This document shows, in pieces, positions 8,166 to 17,260 of a stretch of DNA of 64,000 nt; within the stretch, counting starts at the first letter, position 1; each line of letters begins with the position of its first letter. The stretch comes from Dehalococcoidia bacterium (GTDB lineage: Bacteria > Chloroflexota > Dehalococcoidia > Lucifugimonadales > JAGWBF01). The translations under genes were made by a program, and so were the position numbers. Below the pieces are notes generated by a model, which saw only the letters and a list, made by a program, of their open reading frames with translations, searched no databases and was not told the DNA's origin. Location of the stretch: the NCBI GenBank assembly GCA_965197405.1, contig OZ240206.1, positions 2,251,096-2,315,095 of the forward strand, written 5' to 3'.

Positions 8166-9191
8166 TCAGGACAAGCTTTTCCCCGTGCAGAGGGCGACGG
8201 CCATCTCTATGGCTGCCAACATGCTGTTGTGGTGGGCGACGCCCTTCCCGGCAATGTCGAAGGCTGTGCCGTGGTCCACCGAGGTGCGCACGAAGGGCAG
8301 CCCCAGGTTGGCGGTTATGCTTTGCTCAAACCCGTAGACCTTTACGGGGATGTGGCCCTGGTCGTGGTACATGGCCAGGACCACGTCATACGTTCCCTGG
8401 ATAGCCTGGTGAAAGACTATGTCGGCGGGTACGGGGCCATAGGCATCTATGCCCTTCCGGCGGGCCTCTTCCACCGCCGGCCCTATCTCCTCGGCCTCCT
8501 CGCTTCCCAGGAGACCCCCGTCGCTGCCGTGGGGGTTGAGGGCCGCCACTCCGACCCGGGGGTTGGATATGCCCCAGCGGATGAAGCTATCGCGGGTAAG
8601 CTCCAGCTTTGCCAGGACTCTGTCCCCGGTTACATGCTCGCAGGCCCGGCGCAGGGAGTGGTGAGTGGTGAGATGGACCACCCACAATCTCCCCGACATG
8701 AGCATTGTGGCCACTTCCGGGGCGCCGGATAGCTCCTGTAGAAGCTCCATGTGTCCTATGGCCTTGTACCCGGCCAGGCTTGCCGCCTCCTTGTTGAGCG
8801 GCGCGGTGGCCAGGGCGTCCACCTGGCCCGACAGGGCAAGCTCGGCAGCCTTCGTCACCCACTCCATAGCCGCCTTGCCGCAGGCCGGAGAGACCTCCCC
8901 TACAGTCACGTCGTTGGGGTCCAGGTTGTGAATATCCACTATGTCCACCGTATCGGGTGACATCCCTGCTTCTACGGGAGAAGCGATCTCTCGCACCTTG
9001 AGGGCCGCTCCCGTAAGGCTCACCGCTTGGCCCATAGACCAGGAGCTGCCCACGACCAGGGGCCGGCAGACATGATGCACCTCGCCGGAGGCCAGGGCTT
9101 TGGCAATTACCTCCGGCCCTATGCCGCAGGGGTCTCCCATAGTTATGGCTATGACCGGCTTCGAGGTGTCACCCATGTCTCCTCCCGGCAT
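8166..9191 (-). CDS. pdxA: 4-hydroxythreonine-4-phosphate dehydrogenase family (PdxA)
   Basis: Contains ITMGDPCGIGPEV, HMELL and VDHGTAFDIAGKG motifs. Confidence 0.85.
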   Translation of the reverse strand: MPGGDMGDTSKPVIAITMGDPCGIGPEVIAKALASGEVHHVCRPLVVGSSWSMGQAVSLTGAALKVREIASPVEAGMSPDTVDIVDIHNLDPNDVTVGEVSPACGKAAMEWVTKAAELALSGQVDALATAPLNKEAASLAGYKAIGHMELLQELSGAPEVATMLMSGRLWVVHLTTHHSLRRACEHVTGDRVLAKLELTRDSFIRWGISNPRVGVAALNPHGSDGGLLGSEEAEEIGPAVEEARRKGIDAYGPVPADIVFHQAIQGTYDVVLAMYHDQGHIPVKVYGFEQSITANLGLPFVRTSVDHGTAFDIAGKGVAHHNSMLAAIEMAVALCTGKSLS

Positions 9192-9230
9192 CTCAGCTTT
9201 TGTGCCAACCCTCGCGCGACCCTATTGCTA

Positions 9231-10265
9231 TCATTCCGGGGCGGTGGGGCGTCCCTGCTCTTTATTGTTCAACCTCCGCCCGTGGAACAAGTACAACTCG
9301 GCGTACCCTGCGTAGGGTCCGAAGTGCTCCAGCGCCCATTCCAGCATCACCCTGTCAGGGGGCGGCTTCTTCCCCTGGCCCGGCCCTGAGTCCGTGGAAG
9401 GGAAGTACCACTCGGCCAAGGCCCGCCGTACCCAAACGTCTATGGGAAAGGCCTCCAGCTTGTCCAGAGAGTGCAGGAGGACGCAGTCGGCTATCTTTGG
9501 GCCAACGCCGGGAAGCTCCATGAGCAGGTCTTTAGCATCCCGATAGGGCATGTGCCGCAGGGATTCCAGGTCCAACTCCCCTCGAGCTACTATGAGGGCG
9601 GCCTGTGCTACATAGGGTGCCCTGAAACCCAGGCCCAGCCCCCGGAGGGCGGCTTCCCCGGCCTCGGCGAGCCGCTCCGGGCTGGGGAAGGTGTAGCGGG
9701 TGTGCCCATCCAGGGTCAGGGGTTGGCCGAATGCCTCGGAGACGGCCTCGATGTTGGCGTGTATCCGTGGGATGTTGGAGTTGGCGGAGCATATGAAGGA
9801 TATGAGACACTCCCAGGGTTCCGTGCGCAGGAGTCTCAGGCCTGTGTACCGGCTGACCATCGCGGCTACCCGGGGGTCGCCGGTGATTTCGCGGTAAATG
9901 GCCTCTATGTCGTCGTCAAGGCGGAAGTAGCTCTGTAGAAGAGGCTCCAGGCACTCGGGACCGGCTCCGGGGGCCGAGTTGACTTCGAGGACGCAGGGGC
10001 AACCCGCCGGGTCGCCCTCCCTCTGTCGAATTTTAATCAGCCTAATCTTGATGAGATAGCCGTAAATCACGCCCAGGTGCCACAGGCCGTCCTCCGGCCC
10101 AAGGCCTGTCTCTCCGCCTCTACGCCAGCGGTGGGCCTGGCCGCTCTCCAGGCTGGAGACCAGGTCAAAGGGCTGCCGGATCTGTAGTCGCAAGGCCGGG
10201 TCCTCCGGGATAAAGGGTCTCTGCTTCGAGCTTCTACCTTTTTCTATCGTCCGCTCTTTGCCCAC
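9231..10265 (-). CDS. HhH-GPD DNA glycosylase (8-oxoguanine glycosylase/AlkA-like)
   Basis: Helix-hairpin-helix LPGVGPKIADCVLLHSL followed by the catalytic Asp region (PIDVWV). Confidence 0.75.
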   Translation of the reverse strand: MGKERTIEKGRSSKQRPFIPEDPALRLQIRQPFDLVSSLESGQAHRWRRGGETGLGPEDGLWHLGVIYGYLIKIRLIKIRQREGDPAGCPCVLEVNSAPGAGPECLEPLLQSYFRLDDDIEAIYREITGDPRVAAMVSRYTGLRLLRTEPWECLISFICSANSNIPRIHANIEAVSEAFGQPLTLDGHTRYTFPSPERLAEAGEAALRGLGLGFRAPYVAQAALIVARGELDLESLRHMPYRDAKDLLMELPGVGPKIADCVLLHSLDKLEAFPIDVWVRRALAEWYFPSTDSGPGQGKKPPPDRVMLEWALEHFGPYAGYAELYLFHGRRLNNKEQGRPTAPE

Positions 10266-13111
10266 TCGGCGGCCTGGCCGGGGACGGTGCTCAAAGGGGT
10301 CGTCCTGACGGTGCAGGGGGGTATAGAGTCGAGGAAGGCTTTGCCGTAGGACCTGGCGATGATGCGCTTGTCCAGTACCAGGATGGTCCCCCTGTCCTGG
10401 CTTCTGCGGATTAGCCTCCCGATGCCCTGGCGAAAGCGCAGCACTGCCTGGGGAAGGGCGTACTGGTGGAATGAGTCCTCAAACTGGCCGGACCGGGCGG
10501 CGAAGATAGGCTCGGTGGGGACATGGAAGGGCAGCCTGGCCAGGACCAGAGTCTTCAGGACGCCTCCCGACACGTCCACTCCTTCCCAGAAGCTGCTGGT
10601 GCCCAGAATTACGCTCCTGGGGTCCTCCGCGAAGCTCTGGAGTATCTGCCTTGGCGAACCGTCTATGCCCTGGGCAAGCAGCTGGATGCCCTCCGTTTCC
10701 AGGTGCCCGCGCAGGGCCCTGGCCACTCCCCTCAGGGCCGAGTGGGAGGTGAACAGTACCAGGGTATGCCCTCCCAGGGCTTTGCCCAGGGACGCAAGGA
10801 CCTGCTCCATAGCCTGCTGGTAGCCCCACGCGTCGGGCATGGGCATGTCCTCGGGTATCAGGAACAGGGCTGCTCGGCTGTAGTTGAAGGGCGAGCCTAC
10901 CAGTAGCTCCTTGCTTTCCGCCAGGCCCACTCGACCTCGGATGTAATCGAAATTGCCGCGAGTGCTCAGGGTGGCGCTGGTGAGAATCACCGAGCTTTTT
11001 CTGGAGAACAGCAGCGTCTCCAACTCCTGTCCCACGTTCAGAGGCGCCGAGTGGAAGACGATGTAAGAACGACCCGGCGGGTCTCCCCTGCTATCCCTGC
11101 TTTGGGTCACCCAGTCTATTCGCCCTTCCTCGACGGGGACTGCCAGCAGAGTCGTGAGCCGCTCCTGCATCTCCTGCACGCCGTCCTGCCAGGTGGACAA
11201 CTCGCTGAGCAGTGCGTCCGGGTCCACCGAGCCTCCAGGGGTGAGGGTTTCCAGGAAGCGGCGCAGCCTGTCCATGCGTCTTGTTCCATCCGTCAGGTTC
11301 ACGTCAACGTTTTCCCAGGCTATCTCCACGTCGGACCAGCCGGGCTGGGCACGGGTGATGTGAGTGATGCGCAGTTGGATCTGGTCCCCGCCCTCTTGGC
11401 GGTGCTGGCCCAGGAAGGCCTCGACCACGCCCCACAACCTGTCCCAGCTTTCCCTCATGCGCACGGGCCAGAGGGTCTCCATCTCGGACACCAGCTCTTC
11501 TCCTCGCTGTACCTGCGCGCCGGATATACCGGATATATCCGATGTATTAGGCCTCGGCCCGGCGGATGGCCCCCTGAGCATGACGCGGGTCTCTGTCAGC
11601 AGCCGCCCCAGGGTATCCATCTCCTCGGTGAGGTGGTTCTGGGACACCTGAAAACCCAGTTGGCGCGTGGCCTCCTCCTCCAAGTGCTGGGCCTCGTCTA
11701 TGATTAAATGCTGGTACTCCGGCAGTATCCCCCCTCCTCGAGCCAGGTCCGATAGGAGCAGCGCATGGTTGACGACGATGACGTGAGCGCCCTCGGCCCT
11801 ATCCCTGGCAGCGCGGAGGAAGCAGATTCCCTCCCCCCGCATACCGGGGCATTGCCCCTTGTCATCGGCGGAGATACGGCCCCAGACCTGGGCGTCCTTC
11901 CCCGACAGGTTAATCTCGCCCCTGTCTCCGGTGCTGGCGTCCTGAAGCCATATCAGGGTCTTACCCAAAAGGCGGGTCTCATCCGTGGACAGGCTCTCTC
12001 CCTTTGCCAGAAGGTTCCAGCGGCGAAGGCAGAGGTAGTTGGCCCGTCCCTTGAGGGGCACGGCCCTGAATTCGCCCTCCGGTATGACTCCTTCCCTTTC
12101 GAGCACACCCACCAGGGCGGGAATATCCTTTTGGAGAAGCTGCTCCTGGAGGTTGATCGTATTCGTTGATACCACCACCCTGGCGCCGTTCTTCATGGCG
12201 TAGACGATGGCCGGCAGGAGGTAGGCTATGGACTTGCCAACGCCCGTTCCACCTTCCACTATGAGATGCTCCCCGTTGTTGATGGCCCCGGCTAGCGAGC
12301 GCATCATCTCCACCTGCTGGGGCCTGTGCTCGAAGCCGGGGAAGGCCCGGGAGAGCAGACCACCAGGGGCGAGGTATGACGCCATATCTTCCTCGTCAAC
12401 CGGTCCCATGTCCTTGCTGGGTCTCAGAGACCTGTCCGTGCGCGCCAATCTCTGCCTGAGAGACTCGGTATCCAGGCCCGTGAGTCCCGCCTGAGAGCGG
12501 CTAGTGTTCGTGGGCGACAGAGCCGCGTCGAAGAGGCGTCCGAGGGGCCACCGGGAGCGAGAGGCCAGATGTTGGATATAGGCCGCCGTTGCGGGGTCGA
12601 GGGAGCCGGCCCGCTCCAGGAGGTTCAGGAAGACCTCGCGGGTGGCCTGGGCGTCGGGCAGCGCCCTGTGAGGGCGGGTATGTTCGGCTCCAAGCTCAAC
12701 GGACAGGTTGGATAGGGAGTAGCTGGTGAAGTAGGGCAGAAGCATGGATGCCAGGTCCCAGGTATCGTAGGAGTCGTTGTCCAGCTGAAGCCCATGCTTG
12801 GAGAGAAAGTTGAGGTCAAAGGGTATGTTGTGGCCCACCACGGGAAGAGGGCCTATAAAGTCTCGCAGCTCCCCCGCCACCGCGGCAAAGGGGGGCGCCC
12901 TATCCACATTCCTCTGGGCTATTCCGGTGAGTCTCTGTATGTACTCCGAGAGGTCCCGGTACGGGTTGACCAGGGTCTGGAGGGTATCGAGGACTTGCCG
13001 CCCCCGGAATTTGACCGCCCCTATCTCGATGATGGCGTCCTGCTCGGAGTTCAGGCCCGTGGTCTCCAGGTCCAGCGCCACGCAGGTAGGGAGGTGGTCT
13101 CGCTGCTCCAT
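10244..13111 (-). CDS. dinG: DinG-family helicase fused to an N-terminal DnaQ-like 3'-5' exonuclease
   Basis: N-terminus has VALDLETTGL (ExoI) and H..PDA (ExoIII). The helicase part has Walker A GGTGVGKS and a DEAQHLE box. 955 aa. Confidence 0.85.
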   Translation of the reverse strand: MEQRDHLPTCVALDLETTGLNSEQDAIIEIGAVKFRGRQVLDTLQTLVNPYRDLSEYIQRLTGIAQRNVDRAPPFAAVAGELRDFIGPLPVVGHNIPFDLNFLSKHGLQLDNDSYDTWDLASMLLPYFTSYSLSNLSVELGAEHTRPHRALPDAQATREVFLNLLERAGSLDPATAAYIQHLASRSRWPLGRLFDAALSPTNTSRSQAGLTGLDTESLRQRLARTDRSLRPSKDMGPVDEEDMASYLAPGGLLSRAFPGFEHRPQQVEMMRSLAGAINNGEHLIVEGGTGVGKSIAYLLPAIVYAMKNGARVVVSTNTINLQEQLLQKDIPALVGVLEREGVIPEGEFRAVPLKGRANYLCLRRWNLLAKGESLSTDETRLLGKTLIWLQDASTGDRGEINLSGKDAQVWGRISADDKGQCPGMRGEGICFLRAARDRAEGAHVIVVNHALLLSDLARGGGILPEYQHLIIDEAQHLEEEATRQLGFQVSQNHLTEEMDTLGRLLTETRVMLRGPSAGPRPNTSDISGISGAQVQRGEELVSEMETLWPVRMRESWDRLWGVVEAFLGQHRQEGGDQIQLRITHITRAQPGWSDVEIAWENVDVNLTDGTRRMDRLRRFLETLTPGGSVDPDALLSELSTWQDGVQEMQERLTTLLAVPVEEGRIDWVTQSRDSRGDPPGRSYIVFHSAPLNVGQELETLLFSRKSSVILTSATLSTRGNFDYIRGRVGLAESKELLVGSPFNYSRAALFLIPEDMPMPDAWGYQQAMEQVLASLGKALGGHTLVLFTSHSALRGVARALRGHLETEGIQLLAQGIDGSPRQILQSFAEDPRSVILGTSSFWEGVDVSGGVLKTLVLARLPFHVPTEPIFAARSGQFEDSFHQYALPQAVLRFRQGIGRLIRRSQDRGTILVLDKRIIARSYGKAFLDSIPPCTVRTTPLSTVPGQAAEWAKSGR

Positions 13112-13219
13112 GCTTTGTTTCAGGTCCTCTCTGGGGATTAAGACCCTCCCTGGCCGCCCTGCACCCTGTTCTAAGCTGCGGGGTCCGGCACAGGGGAGGT
13201 GGGGTGTAGATTGCCCGTC

Positions 13220-13984
13220 CTACGCCTTTTCGCCATCATTCCCATCATTCATTACGGAAGGCCCCGGTATTGCGAAAGGCTCCGGGACGTGTATCCATGA
13301 CCCGTTGGGGGAGCGATTATTGGCGGTCAGGGTAGCGGGATAGAAGCGCCCGGTGCGCAACGTATTCATGAACTCCTCTTCGGTGCTTATCTCGCCCTCG
13401 AAAACTGTAACACAACGTCCCAGTCCATGTTGAGAGTGGGCATCGCTTCCGCCGGTAACTTTGAGTCCCAGGTGCTGGGACACTTTCATAGCGAAGTGAT
13501 TTTCCTGGTCGGACGTGCCGCCATTGGCCACCTCAACGGCGTCCACCAGCCCGAATACGGGGTGCTCGGCTGCTTGCTCCACTGTAGAGGGTAGGGATGG
13601 CATATCTTTATAGATAAGAGGCTTGATGGATGGACGGGGGCTGTACAGTGCTCTGAAGGGATGGGCGCTGACGATGAACCCGCCAACGTCATCCACCGCG
13701 CGGCGCAGCTCCTGCGCCCTCGATATTCCCGGGAGGTAGCTATTGAGGCCGAAGGCCAGTATATGGCCCATGTCGGTCTCCACCTCCATAGCCCTTATGA
13801 GTACCAGGTTGTGCTGGGAGGCGAACCGCTGGAATTCGTGCTGGTCCCAGGGCCCGCTGTGCTCCGTGATGCACAGACCGAAAAAGCCCAGACGGTCCGC
13901 TTCCAGGACCATATCTTCAGGCGAAAGACTGCTGTCGCTGCTCCCCTTGGTGGTGTGGATGTGCATATCAAACAGGCGCGCCAT
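13220..13984 (-). CDS. PHP-domain metal-dependent phosphoesterase
   Basis: DMHIHT N-terminal His motif, CITEH, and a GGSDAHS motif. Confidence 0.75.
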   Translation of the reverse strand: MARLFDMHIHTTKGSSDSSLSPEDMVLEADRLGFFGLCITEHSGPWDQHEFQRFASQHNLVLIRAMEVETDMGHILAFGLNSYLPGISRAQELRRAVDDVGGFIVSAHPFRALYSPRPSIKPLIYKDMPSLPSTVEQAAEHPVFGLVDAVEVANGGTSDQENHFAMKVSQHLGLKVTGGSDAHSQHGLGRCVTVFEGEISTEEEFMNTLRTGRFYPATLTANNRSPNGSWIHVPEPFAIPGPSVMNDGNDGEKA

Positions 13985-14026
13985 GACCCCCTCTTCGCCA
14001 GGGAATTGGTAGTAGGCTCCCCCCGT

Positions 14027-14067
14027 CGGGCTTTCCCCTAGCGGGCTTTCCCCTAGCGGGCTTTCCC
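14027..14067. repeat. tandem 15-nt repeat, 2.7 copies (CGGGCTTTCCCCTAG)
   Basis: Read directly at 14027-14041, 14042-14056 and 14057-14067 (partial). Lies 43 nt upstream of the PHP gene start. Confidence 0.9.
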
Positions 14068-14167
14068 ATTGTATAGATGGCGGCTAACCTCGTCAATGCC
14101 ATAGCTGGCCGTCTAAGGGTCTTTTAATGATACGTGAAAGAATCACTAAAGCCTGGTGCTTCCCCAA

Positions 14168-14562
14168 CGTCACTCCCGCGAAAGCGCGAGTCCACCGCAG
14201 GGATTGGTGGACTCCTGCTTCCCCAGGAATTGCGGGTAGGACTGGTTTAGATATTTGCTCACGCGTCAGTAATTCTTGACTCTAGGCTAATACAGGCCCC
14301 GGAGCGTGTCATTCCGAACGGAGCCCTTCGACAAGCTCAGGATAAACTCCGCGACGAGGAATCTAGGGCGTGTTCACATAAAGGAGCGCAGGGCGTCCGA
14401 AATGCCCGCGTCATGTCATTCCGAATGTAGTGAGGAATCTAAAGAGCCTCTTCACGATCATGGCGCCATTCAGGCGACGGACACACGTAGCATTGCCAGG
14501 CCCGCTTTATGGACATGGACTTTAGATTCCTCAGTCGCTTCGCTCTTTCGGAATGACATTGT
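14168..14562. repeat. composite repeat region including a ~257-bp unit duplicated at 57292-57549
   Basis: 14170-14196 is GTCACTCCCGCGAAAGCGCGAGTCCAC. 14306-14562 is bounded by inverted GTCATTCCGAA... modules and is about 90% identical by eye to 57292-57549. Confidence 0.85.
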
Positions 14563-14863
14563 GGGTAGGGGGGACGAGGAAGGAACACGCCTTAATTCCA
14601 TCGCCCTGCTCAAGAAGACAGGGCCTTTTCAGGGTCCGATGGCAGGTGGAGAATATGGCGGCCGGTTGGGAGATACTCATCCGGAGTTGTTGGGCCTGCC
14701 GGGACTGAGTCGCAGTCCCTTCGTGGCCGCACTGTCTAGGCTGCTGCGGATGGTGCTGGTGTCTGGAGTGCGCCAGGCCCTGATGAGGTTCTCGGAGCAA
14801 CTCGCTGGGTTGCGCGGTTGTGGAGTTGAAGTGGCTGCTCCGCCGGTGCTCAGGAGACCATGC

Positions 14864-15316
14864 TCAGGCGCTCTTCCGGTCCCTCTTTTCCTCCATCGTC
14901 TTCTTTATAAACCCCACGATGTCTTGCGTGGATACGCCCGGGCCGAATATCGCCGTTATACCCGCCTGGAGCAGGGGTTCCCGGTCCTCCTCCGGTATGA
15001 TCCCTCCCGCCACCACCGTCACATCATCCATGCCCTTCTCCCGGAGGCCTCGCATTATTTCGGGGAAAATCTCCAGATGCGCGCCGGAGAGTATGCTGAG
15101 CCCTATCACGTCCACGTCTTCCTGGGCCGAGGCCTCCACGATCATCTGTGGGGTCTGGCGTATCCCCGTGTAAATGACCTCCATCCCCGCGTCCCTGAGC
15201 GCTCTCGCCACCACCTTCGCCCCCCGGTCATGGCCGTCGAGCCCGGGTTTGGCTACAAGCACCCGTATTGTGGTGTTTTGCTGTGCCATAGAATGACCAC
15301 CTCTTAGATTCCTCAC
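14864..15316 (-). CDS. methylmalonyl-CoA mutase, cobalamin-binding small subunit
   Basis: B12-binding DxHxxG motif ([12 protein letters not shown]). The probable true start is ATG 15289 (MAQQNTT.., SD AAGAGGTGG). The first 9 ORF-track codons are repeat sequence. Confidence 0.85.
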   Translation of the reverse strand: MRNLRGGHSMAQQNTTIRVLVAKPGLDGHDRGAKVVARALRDAGMEVIYTGIRQTPQMIVEASAQEDVDVIGLSILSGAHLEIFPEIMRGLREKGMDDVTVVAGGIIPEEDREPLLQAGITAIFGPGVSTQDIVGFIKKTMEEKRDRKSA

Positions 15317-15412
15317 CCCGCGCAGTTTATCCTGAGATTGTCGAAGGGCTCCGTTCGGAATGACACGCGGCGGGGCCTGTGTTTACCTGACGCCAAGAAT
15401 GAAACGACCCTG
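15304..15412 (+). repeat. partial MITE-like element (long inverted GTCA module plus right terminal repeat)
   Basis: Reads TTAGATTCCTCACCCCGCGCAGTTTATCCTGAGATTGTCGAAGGGCTCCGTTCGGAATGAC..GCCTGTGTTTACCTGACGCCAAGAATGAAACGACCCTGG. Intercistronic within the mcm operon. Confidence 0.8.
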
Positions 15413-15428
15413 GCAAGTCCAGGGACGG

Positions 15429-15845
15429 CTAAGGCGTCTGTACCAACTCGGTAAGTATACCATGCACCGACCGGGGATGGATGAAGGCGATGATGCCTGA
15501 CAACCCATACCTTGGCTCCCGGTCCACCAGTTCCAACCCCTGGGCGCTCAGAATCTCCAGCTTTTCCGAGACGTTGTCCACGTGGAAGGCGAGGTGGTGA
15601 AGCCCTTCCCCCCTGCGCTCGATGAAACGGCCCACGGCGCTCTCGGCGGATAGGGGTTGAAGCAGCTCCAGCCGGGTCTGGCCCACGGGCAGAAGGGTCG
15701 CCCTGACGCCCTGGTCCGGTAGCTCTTTTATCTCCCCCGGGGAGATTTGGAAGACCTCCTGGAAGGTCTTGAGAGCGGCTTCCAGGTCGCGAACCGCTAC
15801 TCCTACGTGGTCTATGTAGTCCACCGTGCAGGCAGGCGTGTTCAT
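15429..15845 (-). CDS. mce: methylmalonyl-CoA epimerase (VOC/glyoxalase fold)
   Basis: IDHVGVAV and GLHHLAF metal-ligand motifs. 138 aa. Operon context with mcm subunits. Confidence 0.85.
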   Translation of the reverse strand: MNTPACTVDYIDHVGVAVRDLEAALKTFQEVFQISPGEIKELPDQGVRATLLPVGQTRLELLQPLSAESAVGRFIERRGEGLHHLAFHVDNVSEKLEILSAQGLELVDREPRYGLSGIIAFIHPRSVHGILTELVQTP

Positions 15846-15886
15846 TCCTCTTGCGCCTCCTCTTGTCGCTCTTTCTTAGCGACTTC

Positions 15887-17041
15887 TCATAGGGGGTACT
15901 GGGCCAGGAGCTGCCGGGCTATTATCAACCGCTGGACTTCCGAAGTCCCCTCGTAGATGGTGGTGACCCTGGCGTCACGAAAGAGGCGCTCCACCGGCGA
16001 GTCTTTGAAGTAGCCGTATCCCCCGTGGACCTGGAGGGCGTTGGAGGTGACTTTCACCGACATCTCCGAGGCCAGCAGCTTGGCCATGGAAGCCTCGTTT
16101 ATGAAGGGGAGGTCGTTATCTTTGAGGGTGGCGGCCTGCATGGTGGCGACCCGAGAGGCGTATACCTCCGCCGACATGTCGGCCAGCATAAACTGGATTG
16201 CCTGGTGCTGGGCAATGGGCCGGCCAAAGGACTCGCGCTGCTGGGCGTACCTCACGGCCTCCTCCAGCGCCGCTTGGCCTATCCCCACACATTGAGCGGC
16301 GATGATGATGCGGCTGGAGTCCAGTATATCCATAGCGTACTTGAAGCCGCGCCCCCCCTCTCCCAGGCGGTTGCCCGCCGGGACCGGCGCATTCTGGAAT
16401 GTCAGCTCCGTGGTGCTGGAGCCTCGCATCCCCATCTTCCCGTGCTGCTTGTGCGCCTGAAATCCGGGGACGCCCTTTTCCACCACAAAGGCGCCGATGC
16501 CACGAGAGCCAAGGCCCCTGTCCTCGGTGGCGAAGACCACGATATACTCCGCTACGTCGGCGTTGGTGATGAAAATCTTGCTGCCGTTGAGGTAGTAAGT
16601 CCCATCGCGGAGGGTGGCCGTGGTCTGGAGGGCGGCGGCATCCGAGCCGCTGCCCGGCTCGGTAAGCGCCCATCCGGCCAGCACGTCGCCCCGTGCCAGC
16701 GGGGGTACACATCGCAGCAACTGCTCCTCGTTGCCAAACTGGTAGATTGTCCGGGTGCCCAGGGACATATGAGCGACCAGGGTCACGCTGGCCGAGGCAT
16801 CTCCCCGCGCCACCTCCTCCTCGGCGATGGCCATCTGCCTGTAGCCGCCGCCGCTGCCGCCGTAGGCCGGCTCTATGCCGATACCCGGGAGGCCCAGGGC
16901 GGCCATCCCGTTCCAGTTCTCCCAGGAGAACTCCTCCTTCTCGTCTATTTCCCTGGACCGGGGGGCCAGCTCACGGTCGGCGAACTCCCGGACCGCCGTC
17001 TGTAGCATCCGCTCTTCTTCGTTCAGCAGCAGGTCTGCCAT
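15887..17041 (-). CDS. acyl-CoA dehydrogenase
   Basis: 384 aa with [10 protein letters not shown] and the C-terminal [15 protein letters not shown] signature. Confidence 0.9.
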   Translation of the reverse strand: MADLLLNEEERMLQTAVREFADRELAPRSREIDEKEEFSWENWNGMAALGLPGIGIEPAYGGSGGGYRQMAIAEEEVARGDASASVTLVAHMSLGTRTIYQFGNEEQLLRCVPPLARGDVLAGWALTEPGSGSDAAALQTTATLRDGTYYLNGSKIFITNADVAEYIVVFATEDRGLGSRGIGAFVVEKGVPGFQAHKQHGKMGMRGSSTTELTFQNAPVPAGNRLGEGGRGFKYAMDILDSSRIIIAAQCVGIGQAALEEAVRYAQQRESFGRPIAQHQAIQFMLADMSAEVYASRVATMQAATLKDNDLPFINEASMAKLLASEMSVKVTSNALQVHGGYGYFKDSPVERLFRDARVTTIYEGTSEVQRLIIARQLLAQYPL

Positions 17042-17122
17042 TTTGCACCTCCGTCAAGCTGTCAAACTAATGATGTCAATACTATGAGTAAGCATGATAG
17101 CATTGCCGTGAAAATACCCTTC

Positions 17123-17189
17123 GTCATACCCGCGAAAGCGGGTATTCACATCCCCGGCGTCCCTGGACTCCCGCTTTCGCGGGAGTGAC
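17123..17189. repeat. inverted doublet of GTCA-prefixed GAAA-tetraloop hairpins (REPIN-like)
   Basis: 17123-17149 is GTCATACCCGC-GAAA-GCGGGTATTCAC. 17164-17189 is the reverse complement of GTCACTCCCGC-GAAA-GCGGGAGTCCAG. Confidence 0.85.
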
Positions 17190-17260
17190 GGTGAGAAAGC
17201 CCAGCCGCGATTTTCATCCCCTTGTCTGGCCTTGTAAATGCCATAGCCATGCAAACCCGG

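Noticed and set aside
14306-15307. 333-aa ORF on the plus strand (the longest 'gene' in the 14-15.3 kb region)
   Set aside because: Its first ~90 codons are translated repeat modules (SFRTE..RNL..SLFRND). The rest is antisense to the B12-binding mcm subunit, which has clear motifs. It has no recognisable domain and is a typical high-GC shadow ORF.
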